Shown here one piece after another: positions 14,401 through 27,906 of a stretch of DNA of 64,000 bases. Numbering within the stretch: the stretch's first letter is position 1; every line of letters starts with the position of its first letter. Source of the DNA: Eledone cirrhosa (lineage: Eukaryota). The translations under genes were made by a program, and so were the position numbers. The stretch lies in the NCBI GenBank assembly GCA_964016885.1, contig OZ024766.1, positions 1,922,001 to 1,986,000 of the forward strand. Reading direction: 5' to 3'. The notes beneath the pieces are model-generated. The model was not told the origin of the DNA. It did not search any database and saw only the letters and a program-made list of their open reading frames with translations.

Positions 14401-15027
14401 CACACATGTGGAGGCACATGGCTTAGTGGTTAGAGCAATGGCCTTGCAATCGAAAGGTTGTGTGTTCAATTCTCAGACCGGGTGATGTGTTGTTTCCTTG
14501 AGCAAGACACTTTATTTCACATTGCTCCAGTTTACTCAGCTGTAGAAATGAGATGATAGGGACTGGGGTCCCTACCATTCCACTGCAAAGTGGTCGTGCA
14601 GGTGCCACGGCAAGAAAGCACCCAGCACTCACTGTAAATGAGGTTGGTGTTAGGAAGGGCATCCAGCTGTAGAAATCAAGCCAGAATCAGTTCCCGTCCC
14701 ACCCTTGCAAGCAGGGAAAAGCGGACGTAAAATGAAATGATGATGATATATACACACCCACACACATGCTCTGCACAGTAAATACGAGGTTAACAGTAGA
14801 GAAAGGAGAGAGAGAGGAAAGGTTTTATGTCAGTGCTGCTTACCTGTGAGTCCTCACTGGTGGTGGTCATGGCCTGGAGAAGTACAGGGTTAATCTGTGT
14901 GGGTTTGTCTGATATAGGATTAAGGGCCAGCAGACGGCGGGAACTCCTGTAACCTTTCAACTGGCTGGAATGGAAGGACACTCTAGATAATGTACTCTAA
15001 GATACACTTGTGAATTAGTACGAGTAC

Positions 15028-15059
<32 letters not shown>

Positions 15060-15188
15060 TTTTATATATATAGACGTTAAACAATGATGATGACATGGTC
15101 TATCAAAGTTCTTTCGTCACACATCTGTGACATCATCAGTGGTACTATTATGTTTCCTCCTATTGTATTGCGACGAAAGAAGTTCGAT

Positions 15189-15253
<65 letters not shown>

Positions 15254-15283
15254 TTATTTATATATATATATATATATAAATAT

Positions 15284-15332
<49 letters not shown>

Positions 15333-17109
15333 GGTGTATGTATATATGTGATGATGAGAATAATTGTTTCTACTTTAGGCACAAGGCCAGCAAATTACCC
15401 CAGTACATTACTGGTACTTTATTTTATCGACCCCGTAAGGATGAAAGGCAAAGTTAACCTCGGCGGGATTTGAACTCAGAATGGCAAGGGCCGTAACTCT
15501 ATGCACTAAAGCATGGGAATAAGGATGATGATATTTATTCTACACACCTGTTTCTCCCTTTAGTCTCTAAGACAGGTACATATTTGCTGCCGATGATCTT
15601 TACTGTGGTTGATGGGGTGTCTAGGGTTCCGAAAGGTGCGTTCCTTGATAAGAAGTTTCCAGATGGCCAAATCTGTATAGCTGGGTGGTCACTCTATTAA
15701 GATAGATTGTATAATGCTTATATACACAGTTATATATACACAGTTTTATATACATACAGTTTTAGATATACTGTTTTAGATATACTGTTATATATATATA
15801 TAGTTATATATATATAGTTATATATATAGTTATATATAGTTATATATATACAGTTATATATATATACAGTTTTATATATATAGTTATATATATATACAGT
15901 TTTATATATATAGTTATATATATAGTTATATATATATATAGTTATATATATATAGTTATATATATATAGTTATATATATAGTTATATATATATATAGTTA
16001 TATATATACAGTTATATATCTATACAGTTTTATATATATAGTTATATATATATACAGTTTTATATATATAGTTATATATAGTTATATATATATACAGTTT
16101 TTATAGTTTTATATACACTATTTTATATACACACTTATATATACAGTTTTATATACGTAGTTTTATATACAGTTTTATATATATATAGTTTTATATACAC
16201 TGTTTTATATACACACTTATATATACAGTTTTATATACGTAGTTTTATATACAGTTTTATATATATATAGTTATGTTCAATACTCAGACCGGGAGATGTG
16301 TTGTTTCCTTGTTTTCCATTGCTCCAGTTTACTCAGCTGTAGAAATGAGATGATAGGGACTGGGGTCCCTATCATTCCACTGTAAAGTGGTCGTGGAGGT
16401 GCCACGGCAAAAAAGCACCCAGTACTCACTGTAAATGAGGTTGGTGTTAGGAAGGGCATCCAGCTGTAGAAATCAAGCCAGAATCGGTTCCCATCCCACC
16501 CTTGCAAGCAGGGAAAAGTGGACGTAAAATGAGGATGATACAGTTTTATATATATAGTTAGAACCCAGGACCTTGTGTAACTTTGGAGAAATAACTATTT
16601 ACAGGGACTAATGTAGGGTTAGAACCCTGGACCTTGTGTAACTTTGGAGAAATAACTATTTACAGGGACTAATGTAGGGTTAGAACTCAGGACCTTGTGT
16701 AACTTTGGAGAAATAACTATTTACAGGGACTAATGTAGGGTTAGAACTCAGGACCTTGTGGTTGGAAAGGGAACTTATTGTATTGTAGCAACACGACTGA
16801 GACAAATGTAGTGTTTGTGTGTGTATGTGTGCGCGTGTGTGTGTGTATGTGAGTGTGTGAATTGTAAAGAAATACACAGGGGAAAATAATCAAACACACA
16901 TACACTATATATATATATATATATATGTACACAATATACATTTGTGTGTGTGTGTGTATTTATATATACACACATTATATATACTATATATATATATATA
17001 TAGTATATTTGGCAATATACCGTATATATATGTATATATATATATATACACATACACAATATATATATATGCATAGATACTGTGTACATATATAAACATG
17101 TATATATGA

Positions 17110-17146
<37 letters not shown>

Positions 17147-17149
17147 AAT

Positions 17150-17189
<40 letters not shown>

Positions 17190-17238
17190 GAAAATATGTA
17201 TATTTTTGTACACTATTTATACATATAAACCCACACAC

Positions 17239-17269
<31 letters not shown>

Positions 17270-17273
17270 ATAC

Positions 17274-17348
<75 letters not shown>

Positions 17349-17423
17349 AAAATATGTATATATTTGTACACAATATTTATACATATAAACCCACACACTA
17401 TATATATATATTTATATATATAC

Positions 17424-17471
<48 letters not shown>

Positions 17472-17472
17472 C

Positions 17473-17532
<60 letters not shown>

Positions 17533-17886
17533 AATATCTCTATCTATATACACACCATAAATCTATAAACAGAACAAGGTATGTGTGGTAACATACATGA
17601 AATAACGTGTTGAAGTTTGTCTTGTTTCGCCTCGTCTGGTTGTGTGAGGAGACACTGACCCCCCACCGACACCCACCACTGCTACCCTGTGTAAAGCCAC
17701 CTCAATGAAGCCCGCTGTAACCAATGGTAACGGAGGAGGGTGCGTGGCTGTGTGGTCAAGATGTTTGTTTTGTTGTTTGGTAAACACAGGTTTCTACGTT
17801 CAGTTCCCCCACTCTCTAGCAGACAATCTAGCTGTGTGTGTATATATATGTATATATATAATATATATATATATTTTTATATATAC

Positions 17887-17978
<92 letters not shown>

Positions 17979-18092
17979 TATTTATATATATATAATATAT
18001 ATATCTATAATATATATATATAATATATAATATATATATATATCTATAATATATATATTATAGCTATATATATCTATAATATATATATATAT

Positions 18093-18161
<69 letters not shown>

Positions 18162-18232
18162 TTATTAAAATAACAGATTAAAGTTTAAGCAAAGAATCTT
18201 TGGATTTTAGTCTTCAAATTTATTATTATTAC

Positions 18233-18267
<35 letters not shown>

Positions 18268-18271
18268 TTAC

Positions 18272-18317
<46 letters not shown>

Positions 18318-18528
18318 ATATATATATATTGTTATATTTGGGGAGGGTCATATTTGCGTAATATTGCCAGAATTAATAACAGAACACACTCACTGTTTGG
18401 TTGGTTTTCGCTTCTCGCTGTCTTTTATATATATATATCTGCGATCTAACTTACTCGGTCCTCAATGTTGCCATTGACTGACCTATATATATATATATAT
18501 ATAGAGATATATAGATATTATATTATAT

Positions 18529-18574
<46 letters not shown>

Positions 18575-18643
18575 TATATATATATATATTATATATATAT
18601 ATATAATATATATATATATATTATATTATATATATATATATAA

Positions 18644-18690
<47 letters not shown>

Positions 18691-21201
18691 CAGAGGTTAT
18701 ATTTAATTTGTTGGGATACAACAAGCTTAAACATTTTTATAACTGATATAAAGCACTCAACAAGTTAGTGGAGTAAATACACAATATACAATATATTAAT
18801 AAATGGAAACTATATTTATAAAACCATATTTATTTTATTATATATATTTCAAGGGCAACCAAGGCAAATTATGGTGCGTTTTCATCAGATAAAATACAGA
18901 TTTGTTTTATAAATAAATATTGACATACTCGGAAGCTTCAACTGTTAAGGTTGTCTTTTTTCCTGGTACACACATACACACACACATACATCAGCACACA
19001 CACACACATACGTCAGCACACACACACATACATCAGCACACACACACACATACATCAGCACACACACACACACATACATCAGCACACACACACACATACA
19101 TCAGCACACACACACACATACATCAGCACACACACACACACACATACATCAGCACACACACACACACATACATCAGCACACACACACACATACATCAGCA
19201 CACACACACACATACATCAGCACACACACACACACACATACATCAGCACACACACACACACATACATCAGCACACACACACACACACATACATCAGCATA
19301 CACACACACACATACATCGGAGTGTCCAACACACGAGACTTACCTTCCGACCAAACTTCGTCATGTCATGTCACGTCTGTTGTTTTTTTTTAAATTTCAT
19401 CTGGAGGGTCAGTTCTGGACTCCATTACTGTTACTGGGGCAACAACACATTTGATGAAGATGGCAATGTGATGTAGGGATATAGGGATGGTTTGCAAGAA
19501 GCTGGGGACGATTTAAAGGAGATATTTAACCCTCTTTTTTTAAATACTAATCCGGCCAAAACCAGAATTACTCATTTTAAGGGTCACTCATTTTAAGGGT
19601 CCTATTTAAATTAAAATCTTCCAACATGATTTTACATAAGAACCTTACATTATGTTATTATCTTAGTAATTAAATAATTAATAATTTTAGTAAGTCTCTC
19701 AAAATTCTTCATTAACCCTTTAACATTTAAACTAGATGTAACTGGCCAAAATTCTCTCAACTTTTTCTGTTCAAACTGGCCATAACTAGCCACTCATAAT
19801 GATTTTAAGGTATTATTCTCAAAATAAATAATATCAAAATCTCATAGATTCAATAGTAAATATAAAGTAATGTAAATGTTATGTGAGGTAAAGTCTTTAC
19901 TGTGAAAATACAATAGTATATATAGAGTAATGTAAATGTTATGTGAGGTATTATGTGAGGTAAAGCCTTTACTGTGACAATACAATAGTATATATAGAGT
20001 AATGTAAATGTTATGTGAGGTATTATGTGAGGTAAAGCCTTTACTGTGACAATACAATAGTATATATAGAGTAATGTAATGTTATGTGAGGTATTATGTG
20101 AGGTAAAGCCTTTACTGTGACAATACAATAGTATATATAGAGTAATGTAAATGTTATGTGAGATATTATGTGAGGTAAAGCCTTTACTGTGAAAATACAA
20201 TAGTATATATAGAGTAATGTAAATGTTATGTGAGATATTATGTGAGGTAAAGCCTTTACTGTGAAAATACAATAGTATATATAGAGTAATGTAAATGTTA
20301 TGTGAGGTATTATGTGAGGTAAAGCCTTTACTGTGACAATACAATAGTATATATAGAGTAATGTAAATGTTATGTGAGGTATTATGTGAGGTAAAGCCTT
20401 TACTGTGACAATACAATAGTATATATAGAGTAATGTAATGTTATGTGAGGTATTATGTGAGGTAAAGCCTTTACTGTGACAATACAATAGTATATATAGA
20501 GTATTGTAAATGTTATGTGAGGTATTATGTGAGGTAAAGCCTTTACTGTGACAATACAATAGTATATATAGAGTAATGTAAATGTTATGTGAGATATTAT
20601 GTGAGGTAAAGCCTTTACTGTGAAAATACAATAGTATATATAGAGTAATGTAAATGTTATGTGAGATATTATGTGAGGTAAAGCCTTTACTGTGAAAATA
20701 CAATAGTATATATAGAGTAATGTGAATGGTAAAGGGTCAATTAATTGAAATACAGGGTTTCTATCAAATATAAAATCTTTTAAAATAATTTTATATTATA
20801 TTTACCGTATTACAGTAACGCGTGGTTCGGAATAATTGATTTGTTGTCGTTATTGATTGATTAAAAGAATGTTTATATGTGTGTATATATAGTTAGAGAG
20901 ACAGATATGTATGTATATTGGATAATGATGTATATATCCAGAGATATTTAACATATATATATATAATGTATATATATATAATATATATATATATATAATG
21001 TATATATATTTCTATATATATATATATAATGTATATATATATGTATATATATATATATATAATGTATATATATTTATATATTTGTGTGTGTGTCTTTGAT
21101 AATGATGTATATATATATATATCCAGAGCTATTTAACAGATGTATATATATATTTGTGTGTTTGATAATGATGTATATATCCAGAAATATTTAACATATA
21201 T

Positions 21202-21257
<56 letters not shown>

Positions 21258-21668
21258 GTATGTCTTTGATAATGATGTATATATCTAGAATTATTTAACA
21301 AATATATTTTTTTCTAAGCTGATGTATATATATATATAATAATATATATATATATATATATATATCCCGTTCTATGTAAAGTTATGTTGGTGCCGCGCCA
21401 TCGAGGCCGAAACAAATGAGATCGTGTAGGTGTCACGACAAAAAAACACACAGTCCACGCTGTAATGTGGCTGTGTAGGCAACACGGTAAAAAGCTCCCA
21501 GACCCACACTGTAAATGTGGTTGGTGTTAGGAAGGGCATCCAACTGTAGAAAACCTGCCAGACAGTCCTATGCGAGCAAGACAATCACTCTTGCCTCAAG
21601 TGGGACTACCCCCGTCCAAACCCATGCAAGCGTGGAACACGGACGTTAAACGTTGATGATGATGATGA

Positions 21669-21724
<56 letters not shown>

Positions 21725-21854
21725 CAAGGACGATTTGTTATGTCTTGTATTATTATACTACACTATATCTAGCTCTACACCTCACCACTGACGTCAACCT
21801 AAATATTGAGTGCTCACCAGGGGGAACCTACAGTAACCTCACAATACACTCGCT

Positions 21855-21888
<34 letters not shown>

Positions 21889-22564
21889 ATAAAGAGAGAA
21901 AAAAACACAGATATATACATGTATGTGTTCAAATCACAAGTTGGTAATTACTATAATAAGGTTTGTTTTCTTAATTTATCCTTTTAATTAACTCAAGCAA
22001 ACCATATTATCCTTAGTTTATTATTCCTTCACCCTAGCAGTCTACGTCCCTTGTCATTTGAACACATATATGTAAATATCTGTGTTTGTCTCTGTTTATT
22101 ATATTGAACGGCTTGGAATACCTTTTCCTGGAGCTATTTTAATTACAGGGGACTATTGTGAGTTTTTAACTCAATACGTACTTTATATATATATAAAAAA
22201 AAAGATTGATCGACTTTCGTCAAATCGGACCGAGGAAACAATGTTTCCGTCGGTCTTTCCAGTTGCTAGTACTATCTATCGGTTGCAACTCCAGGTAGAA
22301 GGAACAACGTGAAAATAAAGTGTCTTGCCCAAGGACATAACGCATCGCCTGGTCCAGTCCACGAATCGAACTCACAACCTCAAGATTGTGAATCCAATTC
22401 TCTCACCACTCAGCCACATTTTACTAAGCTTCCATTTATATATATATATATATATAGGAAAAAGTATGACCCCGTCGGCAGAGCTCAAGCCGTTTCGACA
22501 GCTATTTCTAGTATTGAGTACTCTGGTGCGTTATGGTCCATCTGGTTCCTTACCACAATTCCTT

Positions 22565-22604
<40 letters not shown>

Positions 22605-22655
22605 GTATATGTATGTGTGTATATATGAGTGTGTGTATATATATATATGTGTGTG

Positions 22656-22720
<65 letters not shown>

Positions 22721-22757
22721 ATGTATATATATATATGTGTATGTATATATGTGTGTG

Positions 22758-22792
<35 letters not shown>

Positions 22793-22925
22793 ATATATAT
22801 GTGTGTGTGTGTGTGTATATATATGTGTGTGTGTGTGTGTGTATATATATGTGTGTGTGTGTGTGTGTATATATATATGTGTGTGTGTGTGTATATATAT
22901 ATATGTGTGTGTGTGTGTGTATGTA

Positions 22926-22966
<41 letters not shown>

Positions 22967-24461
22967 ATATATATGTGTGTGTATGTGTGTATATATATAT
23001 ATGTATATATGTGTGGGTGTATGTATATATGTCTGTGTGTATGTGTGGGGGTATATATATGTGTGTATGTATGTATGTATATATGTGTGTGGTTATATAG
23101 ATATATGTGTGTGTGTATGGATATATATATATGTGTGTATATATATATATGTGGGTGTATATATATATGTGGGTATATATACGTGTGTGTGTGTATGTAT
23201 ATATATGTGTGTATATGCACATATGTGTTTGTGTATATATATATATACACAGGGTTCTTTAACACATAATTATATATACGTTAGTGTTTTTACTCCAGGG
23301 TATATAATCCAGGGTATATAACCAAAATATAGTGTAGGTCCTTGTTCAGGGAGTGTATATAAATATATATCCAGAGCTATTTAACTCATGTATAATTGCT
23401 CTCTGCGTATATATGTGTGTATGTACATGAGTGTATACGTATGTATGTGTGTCTGTGTGTGTATATATATATATGTGTATGTGCGTGTGTGTATATGTGT
23501 GTGTGTGTATGTGTTTATATGTATGTATGTATATGTGTATGTGTGTGTATATGTATGTGTATGTATGTATATGTGTATGTGTGTATATATATGTGTGTGT
23601 ATGTGTGTGTGTGAGCTGGTTGTTAATTCACCATCTTGTTAGCACAGAAGCAAACTCTATGACAATGTGAGAGAGCGGGAGTGAGTGAGGGAGAGAGTGA
23701 GAGAGTGTGACAGGAGGAGAGAGAGAGGAGGAGAGAGTAAGAGAAAGACAGGCAGAGAGAGAGAGATTTAATTTAAAGTTGTCAGACTGGCCTTTGGGAC
23801 AGACCAATGGATGGTTGGATTAAAGTGGTGGAGGTGTATTGGTGGTGGTGTAGTGGTGGTGGTGGTGGTGGTGGTAGTGGTGGTGGTGGTGTAGTGGTGG
23901 TGGTAGTGTTGTTGTAGTGGTGGTGGTGGTAGTGTTATTGTAGTGGTAGTGGTGGTGGTGGTGTGGTGGTGGTGGTGGTGGTGTGGTGGTGGTAGTGGTG
24001 GTGGTGGTAGTGTAGTGGTAGTGGTGATGGTGGTGGTGGTGGTGGTGGTGTAGTGTTGTAGTGGTGTAAGGTGGAGGTGGTGGTGGTGTATGTTGTTGTT
24101 ATCAGGTGTAAAAGACTCAACACAGTCTGATGTAAGAAACCTTGTCCCTCCCTTCCAACAATTTCAATTCCACTCTGTCGCCTTTCGGCTAAAATAATTT
24201 TAACAAACTACTTAATCTCTCTCTCTCTCTCTCTCTCCCCCCCCTCCTCTCTCCCTCTCTCTCTCGGATAGTCCACACTGACTATCCGGGAGCTTCCAAC
24301 AGTAATGGTTGCATCCTTTAAGGGTATGTCAATATTTACTTATAAAACTGATCTATATTATATTTTATCTGATGAAAGCGCACCATAATTTAACTTGGTG
24401 TCCTTGAAATATGTATAATGAAATAAATATGGTTTTATAAATATAGTTTCCATTTGTTAAT

Positions 24462-24504
<43 letters not shown>

Positions 24505-26024
24505 TCATCATCATCATCACCGTTTTACGTCCGTTCTTCCAGGCTAGCATGGGTTAGACGGGTTGTCCTGTTGTGGGCAATACCAGGTCGGGTGACCTTC
24601 TCTTGCTCATACGGGAACTGATTCTGGCTTGGTTTCTACAGTTGGATGCCCTTCCTAACACCAACCTCATTTACAGTGAGTGATGGGTGCTTTTTGTTGT
24701 GACACCTACATGACCACTTTACAGTGTGGACTGGGTGTTGTTTGTTGTGACACCTACATGACCGCTTTACAGTGTGGACTGGGTACCTTTTGTTGTGATA
24801 CCTACATGACCACTTTACAGAGTGGACTGGGTACTTTTTGTTGTGACACCTACATGACCACTTTACAGTGTGGACTGGGTACCTTTTGTTGTGACACCTA
24901 CATGACCACTTTACAGTGTGGACTGGGTACTTTTTGTTGTGACACCTACATGACCACTTTACAGTGTGGACTGGGTACCTTTTGTTGTGACACCTACATG
25001 ATCACTTTACAGTGTGGACTGGGTGTTGTTTGTTGTGACACCTACATGACCACTTTACAGTGTGGACTGGGTACCTTTTGTTGTGACACCTACATGACCA
25101 CTTTACAGTGTGGACTGGGTGTTGTTTGTGGTGACACCTACATGACCACTTTACAGTGTGGACTGGGTACCTTTTGTTGTGACACCTACATGACCACTTT
25201 ACAGGGTGGACTGGGTACTTTTGTTGTGACACCTACATGACCACTTTACAGAGTGGACTGGGTACTTTTTGTTGTGACACCTACATGACCACTTTACAGG
25301 GTGGACTGGGTACCTTTTGTTGTGACACCTACATGACCACTTTACAGTGTGGACTGGGTACTTTTTGTTGTGACACCTACATGACCACTTTACAGTGTGG
25401 ACTGGGTACCTTTTGTTGTGACACCTACATGATCACTTTACAGTGTGGACTGGGTACTTTTTGTTGTGACACCTACATGACCACTTTACAGGGTGGACTG
25501 GGTACCTTTTGTTGTGACACCTACATGACCACTTTACAGTGTGGACTGGGTACCTTTTGTTGTGACACCTACATGACCACTTTACAGGGTGGACTGGGTA
25601 CCTTTTGTTGTGACACCTACATGACCACTTTACAGTGTGGACTGGGTACCTTTTGTTGTGACACCTACATGATCACTTTACAGTGTGGACTGGGTGTTGT
25701 TTGTTGTGACACCTACATGACCACTTTACAGGGTGGACTGGGTGTTGTTTGTTGTGACACCTACATGACCACTTTACAGTGTGGACTGGGTACCTTTTGT
25801 TGTGACACCTACATGACCACTTTACAGGGTGGACTGGGTGCTGTGGTACCAACATATAAACATGTATTCATAGTAAGATATATTTGGAAGAAGGGGACTG
25901 AATGACTGCATTAATGGTTTATGTTTTTTAATAATTCAAATCTTTACAATGGGATTGTTACTGATATGGCTGCTGGTTTAACACACACACACACACATAT
26001 ATATGTATATATGTATATATGTAT

Positions 26025-26062
<38 letters not shown>

Positions 26063-26066
26063 GTAT

Positions 26067-26112
<46 letters not shown>

Positions 26113-26114
26113 AT

Positions 26115-26146
<32 letters not shown>

Positions 26147-26160
26147 GTATATATGTATAT

Positions 26161-26196
<36 letters not shown>

Positions 26197-27490
26197 GTAT
26201 ACACACACATATATATATGTGATATGTGTGTATATAATGGTGGTGGTGGTGGTGGTGGAGCAAGGGTGTGGTGGTGGTGTAGGGTATTGAAATGGACAAC
26301 AAATATCCATTAGTGTATTGTATTCAGGGTGGATGGAGGTGGTGTTGTTGTTGTTGTTGGTGGTGGTGGGGGTGTGGTAGTTGTGGTGGTGGTGTGGGGG
26401 TGGTTGTGGTGTTGTTGTTGTTGTTGGTGGTGGTGGGGGTGTGATAGTTGTGGGGGTGGTGGTGGTTGTGGTTGTGATGGTGTTGTAATGGTGGTGATGA
26501 TGATGTGGTGGTGTGGTGGTGGTGGTGTGGTGGTGTGTTGTAGTGGATTGGCAGTATCGGTAGAGAGTCGGACGCCATGCTTTGCAGCATAGAGTTACGG
26601 CCTTTTACGGTCCGAGTTCGAATCACGCCGAGGTTGACTTTGCCTTTCATCCTTACGGGGTCGATAAAATAAAGTACCAGTAATGTACTGGGGTAATTGC
26701 TGGCCTTGTGCCCTCAAAAGTAGAACAATTATATATTACATAGATAATCACCATCATCACCACCATCACCACCATCACCACCATCACCACCACCACCACC
26801 ATCACCACCACCATCACCACCACCATCACCATCACCACCATCATCACCACCATCACCACCACCATCACCACCACCACCATCACCATCACCACCACCACCA
26901 CCATCACCACCACCATCACCACCACCATCACCACCACCACCACCATCACCACCACCATCACCATCACCACCACCATCACCATCACCACCATCACCATCAC
27001 CACCACCACCACCACCACCATCACCACCACCACCATCACCACCACCACCACCATCACCACCACCATCATCACCACCACCATCACCACCACCACCACCACC
27101 ATCACCATCACCATCACCACCACCACCATCACCACCACCACCATCACCACCACCACCATCACCATCACCACCACCACCATCACCACCACCACCATCACCA
27201 TCACCACCACCATCACCACCATCACCATCACCATCACCACCACCATCACCACCACCACCATCACCATCACCATCACCATCACCACCACCATCACCATCAC
27301 CACCACCACCACCACCACTACCACCACCACCATCACCACCACCACCACCATCACCACCACCACCACCACTGTTTAACGTCCATGTCCCAAGTTAGCATGG
27401 GTCTGACATCAAATGTATCATTCTTCTTCTACATAAACATTCACTTACCATTGTTGTTGTGTCCGGGTTTCGGTCCTGGAGCTGTGTCAT
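5130..27490 (-). CDS. C1orf87: C1orf87-like uncharacterized protein with degenerate EF-hand-like repeats (~770 aa)
   Basis: Minus-strand exons 27490-27449 (probable), 15693-15548, 14982-14844, 14263-13436, 12556-12426, 12084-11977, 10978-10810, 10338-10241, 9382-9202, 7569-7384, 6020-5903, 5296-5130. All are GT-AG, phase-consistent and free of stops. The motifs [16 protein letters not shown] and [14 protein letters not shown] resemble vertebrate C1orf87 as I recall it (not searched). Confidence 0.8.
5355..5893 (+). mobile_element. Degenerate RTE LINE 3' end with internal 157-bp tandem triplication
   Basis: Three repeats of [20 protein letters not shown], then the same tail as 2681. Confidence 0.75.
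5903..6020 (-). CDS. C1orf87: C1orf87-like exon (...[23 protein letters not shown])
   Basis: ACAG acceptor, G|GTAGG donor, phase 0-1. Confidence 0.85.
6361..6425 (+). ncRNA. Type I hammerhead ribozyme, core G8A variant
   Basis: AUU-CUGACAA-c-CGAAGGCAGAC...GUCUGUCUUCG-u-GAAA-CC uuu GG-UA^AAU. Confidence 0.6.
6795..7330 (+). repeat. ~62-bp tandem repeat (~7 units) derived from a SINE-like body
   Basis: Repeated ACTCAGCCACTGTCACTGCTGAATCTCCCTGAGAACTGTGTTAATGGTACACAAGTCTG. Confidence 0.8.
7384..7569 (-). CDS. C1orf87: C1orf87-like exon ([14 protein letters not shown]...SHKST)
   Basis: TTGTAG acceptor, GTAAGT donor, 62 open codons, phase 0-0. Confidence 0.75.
7600..8795 (+). repeat. 51-bp minisatellite (~20 units) ending in a SINE/RTE-type tail
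   Basis: Unit CCACGCTGTAATGTGGCCGTGTAGGTAACACGGTAAAAACCTCCCAGT. Tail spans 8640-8795. Confidence 0.9.
8831..9172 (+). mobile_element. tRNA-derived SINE family 1, full length
   Basis: A box TGGCTCAGTGG, B box GTTCAATTC, central CCTTGAGCAAGACACTTTA domain. The 3' tail matches the RTE end and finishes in (ATG)n. Confidence 0.88.
9202..9382 (-). CDS. C1orf87: C1orf87-like exon ([13 protein letters not shown]...SREQ)
   Basis: TGTAG acceptor, CAG|GTGAG donor, phase 2-0. Confidence 0.85.
10241..10338 (-). CDS. C1orf87: C1orf87-like exon ([12 protein letters not shown]...NGQY)
   Basis: TTCCAG acceptor, AG|GTAGG donor, phase 0-2. Confidence 0.85.
10810..10978 (-). CDS. C1orf87: C1orf87-like exon (...[25 protein letters not shown])
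   Basis: CCAG acceptor, CAG|GTATTG donor, EF-hand-like loop. Confidence 0.85.
11430..11680. mobile_element. Second RTE-like LINE 3' fragment with internal inversion
   Basis: The + strand segment [14 protein letters not shown]...RRGRP is fused to the reverse-complemented 3' end of the same family (compare 49920-50040). Confidence 0.7.
11977..12084 (-). CDS. C1orf87: C1orf87-like exon ([10 protein letters not shown]...RPPD)
   Basis: TTACAG acceptor, GTGAGT donor, phase 2-2. Confidence 0.8.
12133..12408 (-). repeat. Tandem array of the SINE-2 tail (~5 units, no head)
   Basis: Repeated ACTTTTGGCACAAGGCCAGCAATTACCCCAGTGTATTACTGGTACTTTATTTTA, a 57-bp unit. Confidence 0.85.
12426..12556 (-). CDS. 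C1orf87: C1orf87-like exon ([15 protein letters not shown]...[16 protein letters not shown]...)
   Basis: CTAG acceptor, GTAAG donor, phase 0-2. Confidence 0.86.
12686..12893 (-). mobile_element. tRNA-derived SINE family 2 (octopus OR-like)
   Basis: Minus strand reads GGCGGTGGATTGGCAGTA...GAGTTTCAAATCCCGCCGAGGTTAACTTTGCCTTTCATCC...GGCCTTGTGCCAAAAG. Other copies at 15360-15515(-), 26543-26732(+) and 57128-57250(-). Confidence 0.75.
13436..14263 (-). CDS. C1orf87: C1orf87-like large exon (276 codons; Q/T/N-rich linker, then start of first EF-hand-like unit)
   Basis: CTTACAG acceptor, AAG|GTTGGT donor, open 828 nt, GC-rich. Confidence 0.88.
14411..14746 (+). mobile_element. tRNA-derived SINE family 1, full length
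   Basis: Near-identical to the 8831 copy. Confidence 0.88.
14844..14982 (-). CDS. C1orf87: C1orf87-like exon ([10 protein letters not shown]...TSEDSQ)
   Basis: CTAG acceptor, CAG|GTAAG donor, phase 2-0. Confidence 0.82.
15548..15693 (-). CDS. C1orf87: C1orf87-like exon (SDHPAIQIW...[14 protein letters not shown]...)
   Basis: TAG acceptor, AG|GTGTGT donor, VKIIGSK motif. Confidence 0.85.
16275..16538 (+). mobile_element. SINE family 1, 5'-truncated
   Basis: Begins at the B box, with the same body and tail. Confidence 0.85.
16557..16760 (+). repeat. 61-bp tandem repeat (~3.3 units)
   Basis: GTTAGAACCCAGGACCTTGTGTAACTTTGGAGAAATAACTATTTACAGGGACTAATGTAGG repeated. Confidence 0.85.
17717..17786. 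promoter_or_regulatory. Candidate RFX X-box plus forkhead-site module
   Basis: GTAACC-AAT-GGTAAC at 17717-17731 fits GTNRCC-N0-3-RGYAAC. TGTTTGT (17762) and GTAAACA (17780) lie in the same unique GC-richer island between AT microsatellites. Confidence 0.45.
19716..20736 (+). mobile_element. piggyBac-like MITE containing a 72-bp tandem array (~12 units)
   Basis: TTAA|CCCTTTAACATTT ... AATGGTAAAGGG|TCAA termini. Array spans 19850-20725. Confidence 0.7.
24502..25842 (-). repeat. 48-bp minisatellite (~24 units) attached to a SINE tail
   Basis: Unit TTTTGTTGTGACACCTACATGACCACTTTACAGTGTGGACTGGGTACC. Tail spans 24502-24680. Confidence 0.9.
26748..27369 (+). repeat. (CAC/CAT)n trinucleotide tract, ~620 bp
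   Basis: Direct read. Other CAC/GTG tracts at 12900-13410, 23830-24090, 26340-26540, 30005-30320 and 31140-31680. Confidence 0.95.
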
Positions 27491-27520
27491 GCTGTGTATT
27501 CCCCTCCTGGGGCTCTTAAC
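27449..27520 (-). CDS. Probable start-codon exon of the C1orf87-like gene ([14 protein letters not shown] from 27490)
   Basis: Strong acceptor CTTTCTCTCTCCAG, donor ATG|GTAAGT. The phase-0 end joins exon 15693 in frame. Confidence 0.6.
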
Positions 27521-27690
27521 CTGGAGAGAGAAAGTCCAGGTATTACTTGACTGTTTCTGCTATATATATATATATATGTACGTATATATGTATGTATATG
27601 TATAAATATATGTGTGTATATATATATATATGTATATATATATGTATGTATATATATATATATGTATATATATGTATATATATATGTATG

Positions 27691-27751
<61 letters not shown>

Positions 27752-27757
27752 ATATAC

Positions 27758-27826
<69 letters not shown>

Positions 27827-27856
27827 CATATATATATATATGTATATATATATATG

Positions 27857-27906
<50 letters not shown>

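Noticed and set aside
24680-25905. Long Cys-rich repetitive ORFs ([16 protein letters not shown])n and similar at 7598, 28566 and 45748
   Set aside because: The frames stay open because the unit lengths (48 and 51) are multiples of 3. The units are SINE-derived and intronic, and occasional indels frameshift them.
26683-27519. Poly-His ORF of 278 aa
   Set aside because: A pure CAC/CAT microsatellite with no splice or domain support.
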